A stretch of 13,812 nt of DNA from assembly GCA_035289485.1 (NCBI GenBank), contig DATDXA010000011.1, forward strand, positions 1 to 13,812. The letters are read 5' to 3'. The position numbers and the translations under genes are program-made. How positions within the stretch are numbered: position 1 is the first letter of the stretch; every line of letters starts with the position of its first letter. This DNA comes from an archaeon. Its GTDB lineage: Archaea; Iainarchaeota; Iainarchaeia; Iainarchaeales; Iainarchaeaceae. Below, piece after piece: positions 11,981 through 13,812 of this stretch. A model generated the notes under the pieces. That model was not told the DNA's origin. It searched no databases and saw only the letters and a list, made by a program, of their open reading frames with translations.

Positions 11981-12172
11981 ATGGCTACAAATCTTGCAAA
12001 AAGGATAGTGGTTGACAGGCGGATAATGGCGGGAAAGCCGGTAATCCGCGGAACAAGGATACCGGTATATGCAATAGTGAAAAGATTCGCAGAGGGTAGG
12101 ACTGAAAAGGTCCTTGAGGACTACCCGCAGCTTGCCAAGGAGGATGTTTACGCCGCCTTGGAATATAACTAA
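11981..12172 (+). CDS. DUF433 family protein (VapB45-like antitoxin), no adjacent toxin
   Basis: RIVVDRRIMAGKPVIRGTRIPV ... LEDYPQLAKEDVYAALEY matches the DUF433 signature. Confidence 0.9.
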   Translation: MATNLAKRIVVDRRIMAGKPVIRGTRIPVYAIVKRFAEGRTEKVLEDYPQLAKEDVYAALEYN

Positions 12173-12218
12173 AATTTTTGAGTAACTTTAAAAAGTAGCA
12201 AAAAAATACTCATTATTT

Positions 12219-12557
12219 TTACTTTTGCAGTTCAGTTTTTTTTCTGTGTTTTTCTAATGCTTTTGCAGCACCATATTCTGCATCCAATTTGCCAACTGCG
12301 ATAGTGAGGGATATATTTCCAGGCTCCTTGCCTTCAATTGCGTTTGCAGGATTATTTCTTAATAAATTTTCATGTATTTCTCTAGCCACAATTCCCGGTT
12401 CAACTTTTTGCATAATTGCACACGCACGTTCAATTCCGGCAAATTTTACAAATGCCGCAATCCCGCTTGCAGGCGTGTTAAAAGTGCCACGGTATTTATC
12501 ATCATACTGGGCAGAGTGATTTAGGATTATCTTGGCAAGAAATATCTCAAAGAGATT
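12219..12557 (-). pseudogene. Reading frame possibly truncated at the 5' end (or a 64-aa CDS from ATG 12413)
   Basis: The frame stays open 48 codons upstream of ATG 12413 (...QYDDKYRGTFNTPASGIAAFVKFAGIERACAI-MQKVEPG...) up to a stop at 12558-12560, with no ATG/GTG/TTG in the extension. Confidence 0.45.
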
Positions 12558-12854
12558 TCACCAAATGACACACAAAGAATCAAAACCGAAAAATTCATTT
12601 CACACCCCATATGCCTAATTGCAAAGGAAGATCCAAAGGATGAAGAGGAAACAAAGACAATTGAGAACAGCCCAAAATTCGGCAAGGCACTGAAGGAAAT
12701 AGTGCAGAAGGGCGGATGTTTCAAGTATTATGAAAAGGGGAATGACAGCCGCCTAATAAGGAAGGGCGATAAATTTCTGTACTTCGGAGAGAAAGGAAAA
12801 AAAGAATTCGAAAGACTTGTTGCGCTCAATTACCCCATCGCAGAACTCAAATAA
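12525..12854 (+). pseudogene. Start-less 109-codon reading frame (5'-truncated or nonsense-disrupted gene)
   Basis: DYLGKKYLKEISPNDTQRIKTEKFISHPICLIAKEDPKDEEETKTIENSPKFGKALKEIVQKGGCFKYYEKGNDSRLIRKGDKFLYFGEKGKKEFERLVALNYPIAELK*. Purine-rich, protein-like composition; preceded in frame by GTG ATT TAG. Confidence 0.6.
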
Positions 12855-12866
12855 ATACAATAATAC

Positions 12867-12896
12867 GCTTCAACCCCCGACATGGGATGTTGAAGT
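12867..12896 (-). repeat. 30-nt hairpin, solitary CRISPR-repeat-like unit or terminator
   Basis: Minus strand ACTTCAACATCCCATGTCGGGGGTTGAAGC: CTTCAAC/GTTGAAG stem plus inner TCCC/GGGG stem. Only one copy seen in the window. Confidence 0.6.
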
Positions 12897-12911
12897 AAGT
12901 TAGTATAGGGG

Positions 12912-12947
12912 GGTGTAGTATATAAGCATAATCTTATACATAATACC
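12912..12947. promoter_or_regulatory. Imperfect 15-6-15 inverted repeat (recombinase site or operator) containing TATA boxes
   Basis: GGTGTAGTATATAAG-CATAAT-CTTATACATAATACC; the arms match at 11 of 15 positions. Confidence 0.6.
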
Positions 12948-12990
12948 AAATTTTTTTAACCTGCTGGCAAACTTTTACAAAATGCCCAAT

Positions 12991-13785
12991 TCAGAGAACC
13001 AATCCGCCCAGCACCAAACCTATTCCATAAGAAACAATTGCAGTGAGCCCTCCGATAAGGAGCATTTCAAGGCCTGCAGTGAACCAATTTTTTGCAATTA
13101 CAAGTGAGCGCAGTGAGCCCACTGTGAAAATTGTTGCAAATGTGAGAATGAACGCAGCGGGAAAGAGTATGCTCGCAGGAAGGGGGTTGAAAAGTGAAAT
13201 AACAAAAATCAGAAGCGGCAAAAAGCCGGCAACAATAAAAGCAACATAAGTGTACAATCCGGCTTTCACGGGATTCTTCGGGTCTGGCATGAGCCCGAGC
13301 TCCTCACTCATCATGGTGTCAACCCACACGGTTTTTTTGGAGGTAATTAATGCCACAAGTGCTTCCAGGTTTTTTCCGGCAAAGCCTTTCTTAGAATAAA
13401 TCCGCCTTATTTCCTCGCGCTCGCCTTCGGGAAATTTTTCAACTTCGAATTCCTCGCGCTTTCGCTCTGCAAGGTAATAGGATTGCTGCGATTTCACTGA
13501 AAGAAAATTTCCAACAGCCATTGAAAGGCCGTCCGCGAAAAGGTTTGCAAAGCCAAGAACAAGTATTATTCCGGGAGCAAGCCCCGCTCCTGCGGCGCCT
13601 GCAACCACCGCAAAAGTTGTTACAATTCCGTCAAGCGCGCCATAAACCATGTCGCCGACGTATTCCCCTGCCCCGCCATTGTGGTGGTCGCTATCAAAGG
13701 CTTCGTGGGAGTGCGCTTCTTTTGAGGCGGCAAAATCATTTTCTGCAAAGGCTTTCCTAGCCTTTTTGACACGTTCCAAAGCCAT
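12991..13785 (-). CDS. VIT1/CCC1 family Fe2+/Mn2+ transporter
   Basis: DMVYGALDGIVTTFAVVAG, GFANLFADGLSMAVGNFLS, Glu-rich cytoplasmic domain (EREEIRRIY...MMSEELG), three C-terminal TM helices; His-rich N-terminus. Confidence 0.96.
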   Translation of the reverse strand: MALERVKKARKAFAENDFAASKEAHSHEAFDSDHHNGGAGEYVGDMVYGALDGIVTTFAVVAGAAGAGLAPGIILVLGFANLFADGLSMAVGNFLSVKSQQSYYLAERKREEFEVEKFPEGEREEIRRIYSKKGFAGKNLEALVALITSKKTVWVDTMMSEELGLMPDPKNPVKAGLYTYVAFIVAGFLPLLIFVISLFNPLPASILFPAAFILTFATIFTVGSLRSLVIAKNWFTAGLEMLLIGGLTAIVSYGIGLVLGGLVL

Positions 13786-13812
13786 TCGCAGAAAGTGGGA
13801 TTCAAAGTGAAT

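Noticed and set aside
11790..12524. 9-bp direct repeat GTGATTTAG at 11790-11798 and 12516-12524 as a target-site duplication
   Set aside because: A 9-mer match is expected by chance in a region this size, there are no terminal inverted repeats, and removing the segment does not restore a reading frame.
12516..12527. TAG readthrough or recoding (GTG ATT TAG GAT)
   Set aside because: TAG is used as a normal stop at 300-302 and 11658-11660, and no long gene contains in-frame TAG; no support for an alternative code.
12867..12896. CRISPR array
   Set aside because: Only one repeat-like unit; no second repeat or spacer was found nearby.
12867..12905. Integron attC site (AAC...GTT ends)
   Set aside because: Too short, does not fit RYYYAAC/GTTRRRY, and no integrase or second copy is present.

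Overview
Archaeal chromosomal window, most plausibly from a DPANN lineage (Diapherotrites/Micrarchaeota-like). This is inferred from the HIAQG-type TyrRS, the TATA boxes about 20-30 nt before apparently leaderless starts, and an archaeal RibL-type nucleotidyltransferase. The housekeeping backbone is tyrS, ribL, guaB, a tandem-domain thyX, an alpha/beta hydrolase and a VIT1/CCC1 transporter. It is interleaved with orphan ORFs that have basic N-termini, a ~1000-aa membrane-anchored protein with an apparently intact gingipain-like (C25) protease domain, and a membrane PAS protein with no output domain. Between the hydrolase and VIT1 (about 11000-12950) lies a mosaic accessory patch. It holds an AT-rich putative HhH-GPD-like DNA glycosylase, a 31-aa ORF whose Shine-Dalgarno is locked in a hairpin, a lone DUF433 antitoxin, two back-to-back reading frames lacking convincing 5' ends, a solitary 30-nt CRISPR-repeat-like hairpin with its own TATA box, and a 15-6-15 inverted repeat resembling a tyrosine-recombinase (dif-like) site. 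No rRNA, tRNA, CRISPR array, integrase or transposase was seen.
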